DNA of 64,000 nucleotides from assembly GCA_964347995.1 (NCBI GenBank), contig CAYGBA010000001.1:2244-66243 (forward strand), written 5' to 3'. Shown piece after piece: positions 63,499 through 64,000 of this stretch. How positions within the stretch are numbered: the first letter of the stretch is position 1; every line of letters starts with the position of its first letter. Source of the stretch: an uncultured Candidatus Bathyarchaeia archaeon. GTDB taxonomy: Archaea; Thermoproteota; Bathyarchaeia; Bathyarchaeales; Bathyarchaeaceae. The position numbers were made by a program, and so were the translations under genes. The notes below the pieces were generated by a model. It saw nothing but the letters and a program-made list of their open reading frames with translations. It ran no database searches and had not been told where the DNA came from.

Positions 63499-64000
63499 TT
63501 GGCCAATAAGTCCTCGTCTGGGAGAAAAAAAGCACTCATTGAAGGTGTTTTGGCTGGCACATTCTTCGGCACGGCAGCCATATTCATAAGGCTTCTTGAA
63601 GACATTGACGTTTTCTCTATAGCTCTCTGGCGCTTGGTGATCGCTTTCGCGGTTTTGGCCGCTGCTAGTTTCCTTTTGAGGAAGCCTTTTGGATTCAGTT
63701 TACTGAAGAGAAATTTTCTTCAGGTTGTCTTTTTGGCAGTTTTGTTGGGAGTGCATTTTGTGCTTTTCGTGTCGGCTGTTATGGATACAACTATAATCAA
63801 TGCCACCGTCTTGGTGAACACCACACCTATTTGGTCTTTGCTGATTTCCGTCTTGATTCTGGGCGAAAAGCCTTCTCGCTTGGCCGTTTTAGGTCTAATC
63901 GTTTCATTTCTAGGCGTAACCATAATCGCCTGTTCAGATATCGCGTCTCCCGTGTTTGGTTTGAACTTGAAGGGAGACTTGAAAGCCCTGTTTGCTGCTG
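63499..64000 (+). CDS. EamA/DMT-family transporter (5' part; runs off the window end)
   Basis: Absent from the ORF track because no stop lies in the window. My translation from TTG 63499 reads (M)ANKSSSGRKKALIEGVLAGTFFGTAAIFIRLL...ALWRLVIAF...FLAVLLGVHFVLFVSAVMDTTIINATVLVNTTPIWSLLISVLILGEKPS. This is the typical first EamA repeat. Confidence 0.7.
   Translation, partial: MANKSSSGRKKALIEGVLAGTFFGTAAIFIRLLEDIDVFSIALWRLVIAFAVLAAASFLLRKPFGFSLLKRNFLQVVFLAVLLGVHFVLFVSAVMDTTIINATVLVNTTPIWSLLISVLILGEKPSRLAVLGLIVSFLGVTIIACSDIASPVFGLNLKGDLKALFAA

Noticed and set aside
1-64000. Search for CRISPR arrays, rRNA genes, transposases/integrases and long direct or inverted repeats
   Set aside because: - None were seen.
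- The only repeats found are the 2 x 12-nt tandem (46733-46756), short palindromes, and paralogous gene families (DapA x2, SDR x4, GT2 x3-4, and AP-like plus its remnant).

Overview
This is a gene-dense archaeal chromosomal segment of about 60 genes with short intergenic gaps and many 4-nt start/stop overlaps. There are no rRNA genes, CRISPR arrays or intact mobile elements. Archaeal markers include RpoP, uL15, Fap7/AK6, Taw1, SepRS, AglB and a multi-intron tRNA. Together with H4MPT-type C1 enzymes (Fae, Mer), HdrA and a Sulfolobus-like N-glycosylation toolkit, this fits an uncultivated Thermoproteota/TACK-type lineage. Bathyarchaeia-like is only a guess, because no database search was possible.

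Main content:
1. A 492-aa fusion of a DapA-family class I aldolase to formaldehyde-activating enzyme lies at 1136-2614. Mer and SHMT occur elsewhere in the window.
2. An N-glycosylation and sugar-nucleotide island of about 20 kb spans 21.3-41.8 kb.
   - It carries GT2 and GT4 glycosyltransferases, four SDR epimerase/dehydratases, a DegT aminotransferase and an LbH acetyltransferase.
   - It carries UDP-sulfoquinovose synthase, AglH (Alg7-like), an Agl24-like (Alg13/14-like) enzyme, AglB/STT3 and a heavily sequon-loaded surface protein.
   - A Sat-CysH sulfite-generating pair and a TrmB regulator are embedded directly beside the sulfoquinovose synthase.
3. A second, odd sulfate-activation cluster lies at 18.3-21.2 kb. 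It has a CysN-like GTPase, a small alkaline-phosphatase-superfamily protein, a CysD lacking its PP-loop half, and a decayed AP-like remnant.
4. A tightly packed seven-gene minus-strand cluster lies at 55.5-62.9 kb. It joins an HdrC-like/GltD-like fusion, an HdrA-MvhD fusion and a four-subunit 2-oxoacid:ferredoxin oxidoreductase.
5. tRNA-Glu(UUC) appears to carry two introns.
6. translin, SepRS and endonuclease V overlap one another.

All functional calls rest on motifs I recognised by eye in the supplied translations or in my own translations. No similarity search was run.
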